Source: Octopus sinensis
Lineage: Eukaryota
Direction: 5' to 3'
Assembly: GCF_006345805.1 (NCBI RefSeq)
Contig: NC_043001.1
Location: forward strand, 13,578,001-13,642,000
DNA length: 64,000 bases
Below the pieces are notes generated by a model, which saw only the letters and a list, made by a program, of their open reading frames with translations, was not told the DNA's origin and made no database searches. Shown one piece after another: positions 35,884 through 49,635 of the stretch (the stretch's first letter is position 1; each line of letters starts with the position of its first letter). A program made the translations under genes and the position numbers.

Positions 35884-36284
35884 AGTGGCTGTGTGGTAAG
35901 TAGCTTGCTTACCAACCACATGGTTCCGGGTTCAGTCCCACTGCGTGGCACCTTGGGCAAGCGTCTTCTACTATAGCCTCGGGCCGACCAAAGCCTTGTG
36001 AGTGGATTTGGTAAGCGGAAACTGAAAGAAGCGCGTCGTATATATGTATATATATATGTATGTGTGTGTGTATATGTTTGTGTGTCTGTGTTTGACCCCC
36101 AGCATCGCTGGAAACCGAAGTTGGTGTATTTATGTCCCCGTCATCTAGCTGTTCGACAAAACAGACCGATAGAATAAATACTAGGCCTACAAAGAATAAG
36201 TCCTGGGGTCGAATTGCTCGACTAAAAGCGGTGCTCCAGCATGGCCGCAGTCAAATGACTGAAACAAGTAAAAGAGTAAAAGAA
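35884..36284 (+). mobile_element. SINE family B, full length
   Basis: Head, microsatellite, 3' module and ..gtaaaagagtaaaaga tail. Confidence 0.92.
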
Positions 36285-36309
36285 TAGTTTGGCTTGCATT
36301 TAATGGTAT

Positions 36310-36565
36310 GGAAAATGGCGACCAACCTGCATTCTGGATAAGAAAAAAACAAGTTTTTCTCGGCTACCCGGTTTTTAGTAGGACCAACATCCCAGCCCCA
36401 CCTGCCGCCCGACTCGGAGAAACGTATTTCTCGTAGCCACTTCACTCGGGTTTCCGTTGCAACAATCACATCCAATTTTCTTGACCTGATATCATTTAGG
36501 AAGCGCCCTTGCTTCCAGCTAGACATCAGGCCACGAACATTTACGCAACTAATGTGAATAGACAT
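36310..36565 (-). pseudogene. L1/Tx1-type LINE ORF2 apurinic endonuclease N-terminal remnant
   Basis: MSIHISCVNVRGL..LNDIRSRKLDVIVATETR..YPECRLV shows the APE motifs NVRGL and D.I...ET, with an internal deletion. Confidence 0.8.
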
Positions 36566-36829
36566 TACTTACATATTTAATCCGGGGTGTCCTCTGGAGA
36601 GGGATTCTCCACCTTTTCTTGACATCGGGTCGGAGGTGGCAAGTCTTGAAAAATGGATTGATTAAAATCCAGTTTCATCATCGGCACCAACTTTCTATAC
36701 GTGTTAAGTTATACATTATGAGTCTTTTGTATCCATTCCGTAGAACTCGTAGTTCTTATATTTATCAGAAAGTTATATATATGCATGTGTATATATAGAC
36801 TTACATACATTTATATCTTTGTACGTGCG

Positions 36830-36881
<52 letters not shown>

Positions 36882-36886
36882 TATAT

Positions 36887-36922
<36 letters not shown>

Positions 36923-37640
36923 GCTGTCCTTCTACCTGAGACAATAAGGTTAAGACGTCGGGCTTATACAGATGTGGTCTGTAAATTATCCTTCGCCTAG
37001 AGGGTAAAGCAATTTACAAAATGATTCCGTGTGACCCCAATTTCTACGATTGAATTTACAATTACTTCAGGCGGTGTCGGCGTTAAACTATGTAAGACAA
37101 GTCACTTAACGTTTACAATGGTTAATCAGCACACACAAAAACGCCATTCCCGTTTAGAAATCTCTTGTTACACAGTAGTTTTACATACATATGACCGTAC
37201 ATGTATATATAATTTTGCGTATAAGTATTTGCGTGTTTTTTATACATATTCATGCGTAGGAGGGAAAGTTAGGTAAGATGAAATATTAATTGCATTTACC
37301 CTATTTTAAATTTGAAAATCTCTCTACACTTTGATATGATTAGACTTTTAATAAAACAGATTTATAATACTCGAGACCAATCGAGATTATGTTCACGTCC
37401 GTCATTATAAATTGTTTTTTTTTTTAGGTATAAGTTCCTAAAGTTTGAACCCACGTTATTTGTAATATACAAAATATATATTAATAATTGTCTATAATCA
37501 ATACAAACGAGTCATATTTTTCGATGTGTGGAAAGAGGAAATGTTTAGAATTAAATGTTTTTTGATATTTCTGAAAGCTGTAAGAAATTCAGATCATGTT
37601 TGATAGGACCACTTGGTCTTTCACATACAGATTTTGATTT

Positions 37641-37693
<53 letters not shown>

Positions 37694-39339
37694 AACACTG
37701 ACATATACAAGACACACATACACACACACACACGCACACACACACATAGAAGTACACACGCATATTTTTCCTATCTAAGTGGTTTCCTTTGAAGTTTCTT
37801 TGAAGCTGTATTTGACATTGCCTTCCTTAAAAGAGAGAAAACATTTAAGTTAGCTCATCACTCCATAATTGAATTCCACCCTCTCTAATTAATATTCACT
37901 CAAGTCGTTTGGAGTTGACAGCAAAATATTTATCAGTGAATCGAATCACATTGATATACAACCAAGGAATGTGTCTTACGTCATGCAACTCCGAAAATCC
38001 ATACTAGACTACATGTATGAATGTTTGTGTGTCCGTTTGTCATATACATGTATATATACATGTGTTGTTACAGTATTTGATAGTTTGTGTGTAAGTTTTC
38101 CAATGGATTATATTTCGTGTCTGATATTTAGTATACAGAATAAATTAGTTGAACTTTAAGTTTACCATTTTTGTAATATAACCATTGTTATTAATTGATG
38201 ATTATTTCGACGCGATAATTTTGATGTTGAGTGATTCTATACGTCACACTTGAATGAACCTCAAATAAGACATTGTGTATCATTCCGATGAAGTGATACA
38301 AAATTATGACAGGTGAACGTAACCTTTACCGCAGTGAACGTAAATTAAATTCCTTAACTATATTCATTATCAAATACATTATATTCTGTAAAATAAAGAT
38401 TAATATCTGACAAGCCAAAATTGTATCTATTGAATAGAAATTGTAGAATTCAAGAAATTTGTCACACATTGTACAATGTATATTAGCCAATATAATTACA
38501 CAGTAATTTCAGATTGTATCTATCGCTTGGAACATACAAAATTGAGATAAAGATAAATCTTAGTGAAATACTCTATGATTCCCTAAATCAAAGGCAGATC
38601 AAACCTCTTAAGAACAAATTCAATTTTGCGATCTTTGTTGATCAAAAGAATATTCATCTTATAAAAAAAGATTAGTGAAATAACAGGTAGGAAATAGAAT
38701 CGGTCTGTTTACGAATCATATACATTGAAAACAAGTTAAAGTTTCTTACTTCACAGAGAGAAACGTAAATTTTCTTTTGAATCTATTTCGGTATAAAGTA
38801 AAGAAGACAAGTTATATTTCATTTCATGCTAGCTTCTACAGGAATGTTATTTTGCAGGCTTCTAAAATCAGTTCTAAAAGATCTGCATTCATGCGCCATG
38901 TTTTATATCTCATCAGACATCTTTAATCTTTTCTCTCCGTCACATTTTCTGTCACTGTCTCTTCGTCTTCATATTTCATATAAAAGAAAAAAACTCTCCG
39001 GCAGACGCAAATATGTATATTTCTTTGGCCGATTTATTATGTTACATCTAAAAAGAATTAGCGCAAAAACTTGTTACAGGAGATAATCTTAATGTAATCA
39101 TCGCTTAGAAAGAGTAAGACTCAAAGTGCCTACAACATTGGACGATTGAATAACAAGACAAAAAATATCTCCATTTTATTCGGATACGCTGCCATCGCAC
39201 TAGGATAAGAAGCACACCACATACCAGGCGCTATTACCACATGACCCAAAACTACTGGTCCCCACCAAACACAAGAACAGCACGAAATAACACTAGGGCA
39301 AGAAACATGCCGCATACAGAAAGGTTACAAACATCATTA

Positions 39340-39572
39340 ACCTATTTCTTTACTACCCACAAGTGGCTAAACACAGAAGGGACAAACAAGGACAGACAAA
39401 GGGATTAAGTCGAATATATCGACCCCAGTGCGTAACTGATACTTATTTAATCGATCCCGAAAAGATGAAAGGCAAAGTCGACCTCAGCGGAATTTGAACT
39501 CAGAACGTAGCGACAGACGAAATACCACAAAGCATTTCGCCCGGCGCGCTAACGTTTCTGCCAGCTCGCCAC
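39340..39572 (-). mobile_element. SINE family A (A1)
   Basis: Full head, core and tail in reverse orientation. Confidence 0.9.
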
Positions 39573-39764
39573 ATATCACTAACCGAAACATCCACAGACA
39601 CTCACATACACACAACAATCTAAGGCAACAGTACCACCACTCCCCCAGACCAACCCCATACAACCTCAAAGACAGCCCATATAAACAAAACTGCAACCAG
39701 CATTTTTCTAGCCCCAGACCAGAAACACCAGGACACAGGTTGGAACGTGTTAATCAGGAAAAAC

Positions 39765-40830
39765 CAAAGATAATTAACCTCTCAACTAAACCTCTTTGAA
39801 GCACAAAGATAGTCATCCTCTCAAAAGGGTTAACATTCACTCTAACACCACGCAGAGCCAACTAAAGTGAAATGAAGGACATTATAATAGAATTCTGTAG
39901 AAAATTAAGACTCGCAGAAACATTAACCATTTACTATACTGAAGCTGATTCATTTGTCAAAATCAAAAGTGAACAGATCCCCCACAGAGGAAAAGATAAA
40001 AGTCTTGATGAATTCTGCAACCACATTCAGAACTTTCCCTACCATACCATGCATAAGTAGAAGATTAATTCAAATTTTAGCACTACACAATGGAAGGAAC
40101 TAATAGAACTTCAAAATAATGAAGATATAATGATTAAGGAAGCAGATAAAGGAAGTGCGGTGGTAGCAATGGACACTTTATACAATAATAAATCTAGTAA
40201 TCTCCATACTGAATGAAAGCCAACATTACGAAAAAAATCACAAACTTCACCCTGTAAAAAATAATGAAAACCCTATCCTCACTAATTAAACCCATGGAAA
40301 AGAACTGACAATTAAAGAAATTGACTTTTTAATAAACTTTAATTGCAAGCCTAGACTATTCTACGGTCTACCAAAAATCCACAAAAGCAAGATTATAAAT
40401 GAAACCATAAAAACTCACCAAAGACATATATACATACACCAAACCCAGGAGACCCAAAATCGCGACCCATTATAGCTAGACACCCTGTGAAATACACAGA
40501 GTCTATTTATGGGCATTTTCCTGAAACCCTTCCTTAAACACATCAATAGTCATATCAGAGATGACTTGGGTACGTTAAATCACCTTCCAAAAAAACGACA
40601 AGAAAGAAACATTGATGGTTGCATTTGATTTCATCAACTTATATACTAGTATACCTCATAATTACGGACTACAGGTAATTCAGTTCTGTTTGGAGCAAAA
40701 GCTGGGAGAAATACCGGAAATGATCAGAAAAAAGTTCATAATGGAATCGGTTAAATTCATCCTATGTGACAACCATTTCATGTTTGATATCACTTTTTAT
40801 CGACATAATCAAATCTATAAAAGATAAATA
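39765..40830 (+). pseudogene. Penelope-like element reverse transcriptase, N-terminal half, decayed
   Basis: Broken frames give IINLS..LSKGLTF..FCRKLRLAE..IKEADKGSAVVAMD..FYGLPKIHK..RPIIA..FDFINLYTSIPH..ILCDNHFMF. These are PLE RT motifs; the sequence is truncated before YxDD. Confidence 0.9.
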
Positions 40831-41295
40831 TATTTTTAAATAGATAATTAAATATATATAAAATAACGAATTAAAAATTAAAAGTTAAACATTAAAAATT
40901 TAAAAGATTATTGCAGCTAGCTAGCTTCTAAGATATTTATGCTGATAGATGAAAAATAAAAATAAACTGTAGGTATATAGTAATGACCGTGGGTGTAAAT
41001 GTAAGCAAGTGTTATCTGTGTTTATTTTGCTTGCATTTGGTCATTTCGTCCCTTAATATATACCCGCTAGCTCGAAAGCCTACTACAGGTCCCTAGCTCC
41101 AGCCTCAGCTGTTAACTTGAAACCTAACGATTGACCTACTATACTTCTTACACAGCGTACTTCTTCGTTTAGCTCACCAGTGTGCGTGTATGTATGTGTG
41201 TGTGTGTACTTTCGGTGTGAATGGTTTATTAGACTCTTTTCTTTAGTCATAGCACGATGATCGCCATAAACTTTAAGCTTATATAAAATACCCTT

Positions 41296-41326
<31 letters not shown>

Positions 41327-41506
41327 CCGGAGTAAGCACATATATGTGAAACAAGGTGCATTAAAATAAAGTTCATATATATATATACCAAAGGAAGTAA
41401 AAAAAAATTGAATCAAGGTGGTGAACAAAAATAGTCAAACACCGGTGGTAGAGAAATATTTTTTCTTATTGTTAAAACTGTAAAATCATTACAATAATAT
41501 TACCAA

Positions 41507-41552
41507 AAAACTGCTACTCAGAGTTTCACGTTCCTGTTCGTCGGACAGTTTT
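41507..41552 (-). ncRNA. Compact hammerhead-like fold with CCGACGA core
   Basis: Minus strand AAAACTGT-CCGACGA-AC(AGGAAC)GT-GAAA-C(TCTGA)G-TA-GCAGTTTT: 8-bp stem I, 2-bp stem II, GUA triplet. Confidence 0.6.
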
Positions 41553-42034
41553 GATTGAGAATGGAACAAAATAAAGTTTGTATGTAAAGTATACAATTTA
41601 CATTGACAGATACACATTTGAATTTGGTTTCTTTTCATTAATCTTTACGACTAATGGCTTTTTTTTCTAATCAATGATGATAGGTTTAAAATTTTATTAT
41701 GCGAGATAGAAGAATAGAACGGAATATCAAGGTCGAGAGGAAAACAAAAGGATGGTTATGACATCCAGTCAGCAGGAGTGCGAGGAAACAAGTTATTAAA
41801 GGAAACCAATTTATAATGAAGAAGACAACCACAGAGAAACGATGTGCCTGGGAAGAGGCGACAACTTTAAAGGTTTTGACAGAGACAAGGAAGGTATTAT
41901 ATCCCGAAGCTTCACAAACTGTTTCTCTCTTACTGAAGAGGAATTTTCAGTTGATTATAAATAAATTATGGAACCTATTTAAATATGACAAAGTTAATTG
42001 GAGAAGACAAAGCAATTCTATATTGTTAAGTGAC

Positions 42035-42268
42035 CAAGGCGGCGAGCTGGTAGAAACTTTAGCACGCCGGGCGAAATTCGTAGCAGTATTTCGTCTGTCG
42101 TTACGTTCCGAGTTCAAATTCCACCGAGGTCGACTTTGCCTTTCATCCTTTCTGGGTCGATAAATTAAGTACCAGTTACGCACTGGGGTCGATGTAATCG
42201 ACTTAATCCCTTTGTCTGCCCTTATTTGTCCCCTCTGTGTTTAGCCCCTTGTGGGTAGTAAAGAAATA
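42035..42268 (+). mobile_element. SINE family A (A1) with 16-bp TSD
   Basis: TATATTGTTAAGTGAC at 42019-42034 and 42269-42284. Confidence 0.93.
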
Positions 42269-42372
42269 TATATTGTTAAGTGACTATAGCGTTGACTGCA
42301 TATTATGAAATCGGTAACGGCTAGAGAAAAACAATATAACAGTATTAATATGGTATATGTACACACATATGT

Positions 42373-42685
42373 AGAGGTGCAATGGCCCAGTGGTTAGGGC
42401 AGCGGACTCGCGGTTGTAGGATCGCGGTTTCGATTCCCAAACCGGGCGTTGTTAGTGTTTATTGAGCGAAAATACTTAAAGCTCCACCAGGCTCCGGCAG
42501 GGGGTGGTGGCCATCCCTACTGTACTCTTTCGCCACAACCTTCTCTCAATCTTTCTTCTGTTGACCTGCTTGCTTAGCCACCGGGGTGGCGTCATATGAA
42601 GGCTAAAACAATGCGAAGCGCATTGTGACTAGCGATGTGTAGCAACATCTGATAGCCTGGTCGGTCACGGTGATCACGGTGATGT
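42373..42685 (+). mobile_element. SINE family C (core 1 + tail c)
   Basis: tRNA-like head, core 1, and tail ..gcgaagcgcattgtgac..ggtcacggtgatcacg. Confidence 0.88.
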
Positions 42686-43149
42686 ACACACATATAAATT
42701 GTATGAATATGGATATATATTGAAAAAATCGAAATGTTCAGAGGGGAGTTATAATTTTTGGAAGTCATGTAAAGAAAAACAATTCCGTGTACCCGAGGTG
42801 CCACAACACTATTTACCATATTTTCATAGTGTAAAAGTAACTAAGTTCGCTGCATTCTCACTTGCTAGGTGCAAGGTCAGTATTTGGTTTTTCAGAGTTG
42901 GGAGCCAGTGGACTATACTTGTTCAGTGAGGAGAAACGTAGACCCAAGTACTTGTCTGGTTCTTTATGTTATCGACCTGGTAAAGATTAAAGGCGAAGTT
43001 GATGTGAATCCAGAACGTAAAGAACTGATAAACTGGTGCATATCATCGTGCCATACGTTGGGAATATTCTCCCAGCTCACCACTTATTTACGTCAACATT
43101 TTTGAAATATCACACAGGCTCACAGAGTTGTATCTGTCCTACATTATTG

Positions 43150-43445
43150 TAACGTATAAACGTCGCCCTTTTCAGGCCTAGCCAGGTTCATGAGCCCGGT
43201 TTCCCGGTTTCTCTGACGTATGTGTTCCCCTCCAGTTGGACGGGACGCCAGTCCATCACAGCGTTACTCAAGAAACAGGAAGAGAGAATGAGAGAAAATT
43301 GTTGCGAAAGAGTACAACAGGGGTCGCCACCACCCTCTGCCGGAGCCTCGTGGAGATTTTAGTTGTTTTCACTCAATAAACACACACAACGCCCGGTCTG
43401 GGAATCGAAACCGCGAGTCCGCTGCCCTAACCATTGCGCCTCCAC
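43150..43445 (-). mobile_element. SINE family C (core 1 + tail a)
   Basis: Reverse complement of head, core 1 and tail a. Confidence 0.88.
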
Positions 43446-43859
43446 CTTACATTATTGTAGTATTAGTAAGTCATTACTATACGTCTACTAAGCTGAGCTT
43501 CCAACTTTTTACTTCAAGTTGCGGAGGACAGATATAATAGCACTTTGAATACATCGTGTTTCACATAACTTGTCACTGCTGACTAATTTTTTGCAGTGTA
43601 CTGTTGGGACAATTTGAAATTTCACTAGTTAAACTGGATAATAACAATACAGACACTTAGGGAATGCGGCAGACGATATATGGATTAACTTGTATGAGCC
43701 GAGCATCTGTTTCTCTTTATCACAAGAGTCCAGACTAAGTAATTTCCCAGGGAAGCTGAGAATGATTTCCTTTTTCGATAGCATCACCTTTATCTCCTGT
43801 GTTCTCTCTGGTAAATCAATCAACAAAAACTAATTTGTGGAGATTTTCAGGCAGTCCAA

Positions 43860-44150
43860 AATGAGATTTCGTCGCAAAAGGCCTGAGCGACGAACCACTG
43901 CAAAATTCCATCCCGGTAACCAACTACTTGACAGAAATGGGCGTCAAAACTGACCGTCACCCTCCTTACAGTTCAGACCGATCTCTCGTTCTGAGTTTTA
44001 GTCACAGCAAATTGAAGAGGATGAAGGAGGGTGTCACAAGATTTCTGGACACATCCAGTTTGAGGGACTTCCATTGGGGCCTTAACGAAGGGGCTGGTGC
44101 ACTACGACAACCTCATTGAATTCAGGGGATGCTACTTTGAAGGATATTAG
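43860..44150 (+). pseudogene. Mariner transposase C-terminal remnant
   Basis: ..VTNYLTEMGVKTDRHPPYSSD.. (HPPYSPD motif), and downstream ..YDNLIEFRGCYFEGY*. Confidence 0.75.
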
Positions 44151-44362
44151 TTTTGTACTTTACGAAAATTCTGGAAAATGTAGGTGACAGCTAACTTGAA
44201 CATAAATCATTATTTTTCTCACAAATTTACGAATCTATGAAATGGAAGTTATGTTTTTAGATATTTAGAATATAATTACTTTCGGGTGATTTACAGTCTC
44301 ACACCACACTAGTAATTTTAAGTAAATAAGCACTTTAAAACATACTTATCTGCCTACATATG

Positions 44363-44364
<2 letters not shown>

Positions 44365-44395
<31 letters not shown>

Positions 44396-44520
44396 ACACG
44401 CACCACACACACACACACACACGCACACACATACACACATACACACACACACACATATACACACACATACACACACACGTGCACTCAAACATACACACAC
44501 TGCCACACATCAAGCACATA
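44365..44520. repeat. (CA)n-rich tract
   Basis: Direct inspection. Confidence 0.9.
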
Positions 44521-44699
44521 TGTGAGCAAGGTTCTAACAAATTTTTTAGAGCGAAACTTTGAATACATAAATAACGACCAGCAATAAATTATTCTTTTAT
44601 TCTTTTGATAGTTTCAGTCGTATGACTGCAGCTTTGCTGGAAGCACTGACCAAATCTCTTTTTCCTTCAGTTTTCTTGCTGTGTTAGGTCGGCAAGTTT

Positions 44700-45770
44700 G
44701 TCTATGACTGAGTTTGTAAGAGTCGATCCTTCATGAGTTCATCCTTCAATGGATTGCTGATCCGGGGCTGTAGTTAAGATCTTTGTATCCCATGTCTTTA
44801 ATGTTTCATTACAGACTTTTAGGTTGGTATCTGAACAACTGGGAACCTGTAAATATCCGACAGGTGCAACAGAGTACTTTGCTATTGATTTCGAATGTGT
44901 TATATTTGGAAACTGACAGTATCTACCGGCGCGTGCATTAAAATTCTCTCTAACGTCTATGCTTGGAACATAACCCTCCAGAAAATTCCCTACGTATATG
45001 ATAGTCAATCTCTGTTTCCTCGTCGACATTCGAAGGATTAGAGAGGCAGAACGTTCAGACTTCCATAGTAATTAAGGCTTTTAAACCGAAGTTATTCTAC
45101 AGGTGAGTGTTGTTTGTTACCTTTCTATTTCTCTCTGTGACTGGATAATTATCAAGATCAAATCTATGAGCTGTAATCTAATCTGTTTAGAACTTAGGTT
45201 TTCCATATAGTCAGCATAACTACCAGATCTCTTCTTATGAATTCGCGTAGGGTACATCCTATCAGGTGTCTGCGATTAGAGAGCAGTTCGGTGATGTGGT
45301 TGATTACAAATACATCATTTGAAATGATTACTCCTAAGTTCCGTATGTCATCAATTTTCTGAAACTTTGTGTTATCTGATGTCAAGTAATGTGAAATGTG
45401 TATATAACATTCATAATGAACATGGAATATTGATACATTAAATTTTATACTGCTTTTATCTGCCATGGACAAATGATGTTTAGCTCATGTTTTAGAGTTT
45501 GTATAGCCATCGATATTTTGTATCATCGGCGCAACTCGTTAGATTGGTCTACTGCACTTGTGAATGTATACCTTATAGGGGAATCATACATAATAATGGT
45601 TATCAAACCGTTCTTTGATGTATACCACTGATTACAGGTGACCTTAGAGAGAGAAAGCTTAGTCTGCAGCTAAAGGTTGATTGATACCACGTAATGAAAC
45701 ACAGAGCCATTTTCCGAGTTTTCCTATGATGCCAAGATCATTTAAACGTTTGTGAAAGAAACAGTGGATT
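44700..45770 (-). pseudogene. Old CR1-like LINE RT remnant
   Basis: GIIGKLGKWL..VISGIHQRTV..SCADDTK..IRNLGVIISND..LTIWKT..LEGYVP..RAGRYC. Collinear with the 24.4-25.4 kb element but heavily decayed. Confidence 0.75.
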
Positions 45771-46894
45771 TGACCTTTCCTTTTTTTCTTTTTTTTTTTT
45801 GCAGACAGAATATGAGCAAAATTGAAGTACAGGGTTGTTGCACTATTAGATCAGGATGTCTCAGACAGACCAGCAAAATGCCAGCCACAGTAACGATCTA
45901 GACAAACTTTTCACAAATATTCAATGAAATACTTTCATGAAAATTACTTGCACAATGTTTCTTTTTTTTATCTATTCGCCACGTGGAAAATGTAAAACTG
46001 GAAACATATGAAACCATGGTTTCTAACCTCCATGCTTTAGGTGCAAAACGTGAGAACAAAATGGGTCGTAATTTTCATCTGGAAAAATTAGTTATGAATG
46101 ATCACGTCAATACACAGCATCACTCAGTTCGTATTGACAAGGATGCGAAATGATTAGATTTTGAACATAGTTTCAGTACAATACCCAAGTTTATATGTGT
46201 TTATAATTCTTGCCTTACAACTTAATTGTCACAAGGTTCCGTAAAGTATGTATTGTCTTTCGACCATATTATAAAGTGTTTTCCCTGCCTGTACTATTAA
46301 TTATTTTCACCAAAGTGCCTCGTTTTAAAATTAAGTTGTTTTGATCCAATATCTGAGAAATAATTTATTGGCCTGATATGAATTAAATGAACAATGATAT
46401 TGTTTACATAATGGGCAACGTTTGAATCAAGACCAAATTTCTGCTTCGACTCAAGAAATTAAATAGAACATGGTTGGAAAGCAAGTCCAGGAAACTCTTC
46501 CGTTCAGTTTCGTCTAATATTGCTAAGAGGTAATAATCTGGTAAAATGGTGCCAATATCATCATTAGTGCATCCGCATCATTTGTATTCCTTACACAGTG
46601 TTCGAGAGACTTTTGAATTCTCTTTAGCTTAACCCCTTGACAATGGTTGACGCAATTATGCGATAGCACTTTTGGTGGCCTACCTGCGGTTAACGTAAAT
46701 ATACGATGTAAAGCTGCTACCCTACATCTATCACGGACTTTTTAGCAGCTGACGTATGTTTACATTCGTTATCGTGTACTTTATCTCTTGAGGTGCGCGC
46801 ACTCGCTGTGCCGTGCATTATCTTAGCTATTTCAGGTTACGTTCAAGTCATGAGACCAGCAGTAGACCAATGACATGCGGATACTTTACATGCA

Positions 46895-47133
46895 TAATAC
46901 CTATTTCTTTATTACACACAAGAAGCTAAACACAGAGGGGACAAACAAGGACAAACAAACGGATTAAGTCGATTACATCGACCCCAGTGCGTAACTGGTA
47001 CTTAATTTATCGACCCCGAAAGGATGAAAGGCAGAGTCGACCTCGGCGGAATTTGAACTCAGAACGTAGCGGCAGACGAAATACGGCTACGCATTTCGCC
47101 CGGCGTGCTAATGTTTCTACCAGCTCGTCGCCT
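46895..47133 (-). mobile_element. SINE family A (A1)
   Basis: Full copy. The tail ends in AGGTATT, the first bases of a further unit. Confidence 0.9.
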
Positions 47134-49635
47134 TATATTATGATAAATAGCTTCACATTGTTTTCATAAACCGGTGTAGACGTAAATGTACGACGTTATG
47201 TTATTGTAACAGTGAACGTAAATAGACTCGAGCTCGTTGGCATTTGTGTGTTTGTGTAGCCTCATTAGATAAAAAAAAAACCGGAGCAGTGTCTCGCATG
47301 CTTCGGGTAATACCGGCGTCAAGGGGTTAAATCCTATAATATTCATAGATGTGAAAGTATAAATTCTTTGAAATAATGTTACCTATTTGCACACACTGGG
47401 GCAGACAATCATTAAGTTTGATAAATTGTCAAATAATAAATGAATTTTTCTACATAAGTCAGAATATACCAAACTGTGCTGTTGGAATTAGAATAGCAGT
47501 TCAGTTATTGAATTTAATAGTAAGCCATTATAAAGAACTGCATTGAAATCGTAACCTAGAGATGCAAAGAGAAAATGTAATGATAGAATTAGACATGTTT
47601 ACAACAGAGCAATCAGCACGAAAAGTCAAATTCAAACTATGCTTCCTCAGCGAAAATAAAAGACGCATGAGGTTGCGTGGAAATGTGGTGCACAAAATAA
47701 TTATTTATTTTATTTAGGTTCATATCCTTATTGTTTCTGCACCAAGTTCAACGGGACTAAGATCACCATGCATGAATTCCTATCATCTTGAACCATATAT
47801 ATGGCAGACACATAGTTAGATGAGTAGTCAAATAATAGATCTTACTTTAAATAAGTCAAGACATACACATTAATACTCCAAGGCACATAAGTTGTATCTC
47901 TCATTCGGACGTATATATATATGTATGCATTATTGATAACTACTTCTTCCAAAAAAGGAGACAGAAGGATTAAACACAAAAATATACAACGTATATGTTT
48001 ATATGTTTTTTCCTGCATGTATATTATTTTAAATAATAATCTGTAATTTCAATTGGGAAATCCAAGAGGATTTAGAAGCGTTATAAAACGTAACATTTAG
48101 ACTAAAAAATTTTCCATGGTAATCATAAAATCCGTAATGATTTTTTTTTTATATATAGCTTCTAAAATCCTGGGATAAATGATGTTAAAAAGAAAGCTAA
48201 GATTAGAATATTTATTCACTGTAAAAGAAGAAATAAATCTACTATTAATATTTGAGTATTACTTCTATCGGGCAATGTTTAAGACAGCATTTTACATAGT
48301 TACGGCTTTGCTAATCCTTAAATCTATGTTTTCCCCATTGTCGTGATATGGATTTTAAATGTTAAATACTATTGCTATAATCACTATTGCGTCACTAACT
48401 TCTTTCAGCTGTCTCTGTCAGCTAGTTTCTACCTTTGTGTTGCAGTCTTTCCGCCATACTTTTTTCTCTCGCTCAATATCCTCACTATTGCGTTCGGAGT
48501 TGCATGAATGGAAATATTGATTGCATTTTGGTTGAATAAAATACCAATGTTGATCATTGTATTTACATGGAAGATGTTCCGCTGACTGTGTATTTATGGT
48601 CATCTCTTTACAGATGTTTGCACAAGTTACAACAGTAATATCTGCTTTTTGCCGAAGATGAATAATATCCAATGTTCCAATACAGTCATCCATCAATCAA
48701 TATCTATCAATCGATACCAGGATTCTATATTTTATCACTCTCAGTAGAATCATTCTTAGAAATTGTAGACATTGTATTGGTCTGCTTGTTCAGGTGATTC
48801 AGGTTTAGACATTCAGGTAGTAGCATATCTTATGTAATTAATTATTAATAATAATATCAGATTAAATGCCAAAGTAACTCATGGGTAGAATTTGTTAATG
48901 TCATTATGATTTTACAGAATATTAACTGCATGTTTAATATAGAATCATCCCGTTTAATCAATTAGAACTGCACTCTGGTTTGTTTATGTTATTCGTCGAA
49001 TGTTATCAGAGTATTAAATACACAGATATGAACAAATCCTTTTGAATTGTGGTAATATGATTTACCTGCTTCATATACCTTGATAATTAACCATCAAAGA
49101 ATGCGATCTTCGTAGAAGAGTCTTGGAGCGTGTAAGGTCTACCACATTGCTTTTAGTGTATTAGGAATATGAACAAATAAATGGTTGATATGGAAATAAA
49201 AAAATTGTGAACAGAAATTTCCTGAAAGATAATAGAATTCAATTATCGTTTGTGTTTTTTATTTATTTTGGCTATTGCAATGCGGCCATGATGGGACATC
49301 ACCTCGAAAGGTTTTCTTCGAATTGTAAGCATTTTCTTTTCATTTTAAGTTTCATACTTATAATATAAGTCTTCTTCACAGATCCGCTAAGCATTTGGAT
49401 AAAGTATGCGGTGAATCTGGAGACATGCCGATATCTATTTTCAACAAATTAAAGATTCTAATAGTGTCTAAGAACGATGCTAAACTGGAAGATAAATCTA
49501 GTTATATAAAAACAGCCCCTTCGATGACAGAGATATGGACTTATATGATACTGCTGCCTTTATTTTAATCGGAAGAACAGCACAGAGAGCCAGCACCTTG
49601 AATTGGTATGAGAACAAAAAGACAACAGCAACTGT

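Noticed and set aside
48418-48696. 92-aa non-repetitive minus-strand ORF
   Set aside because: No recognisable domain or convincing splice sites; its length is within chance expectation for 64 kb.
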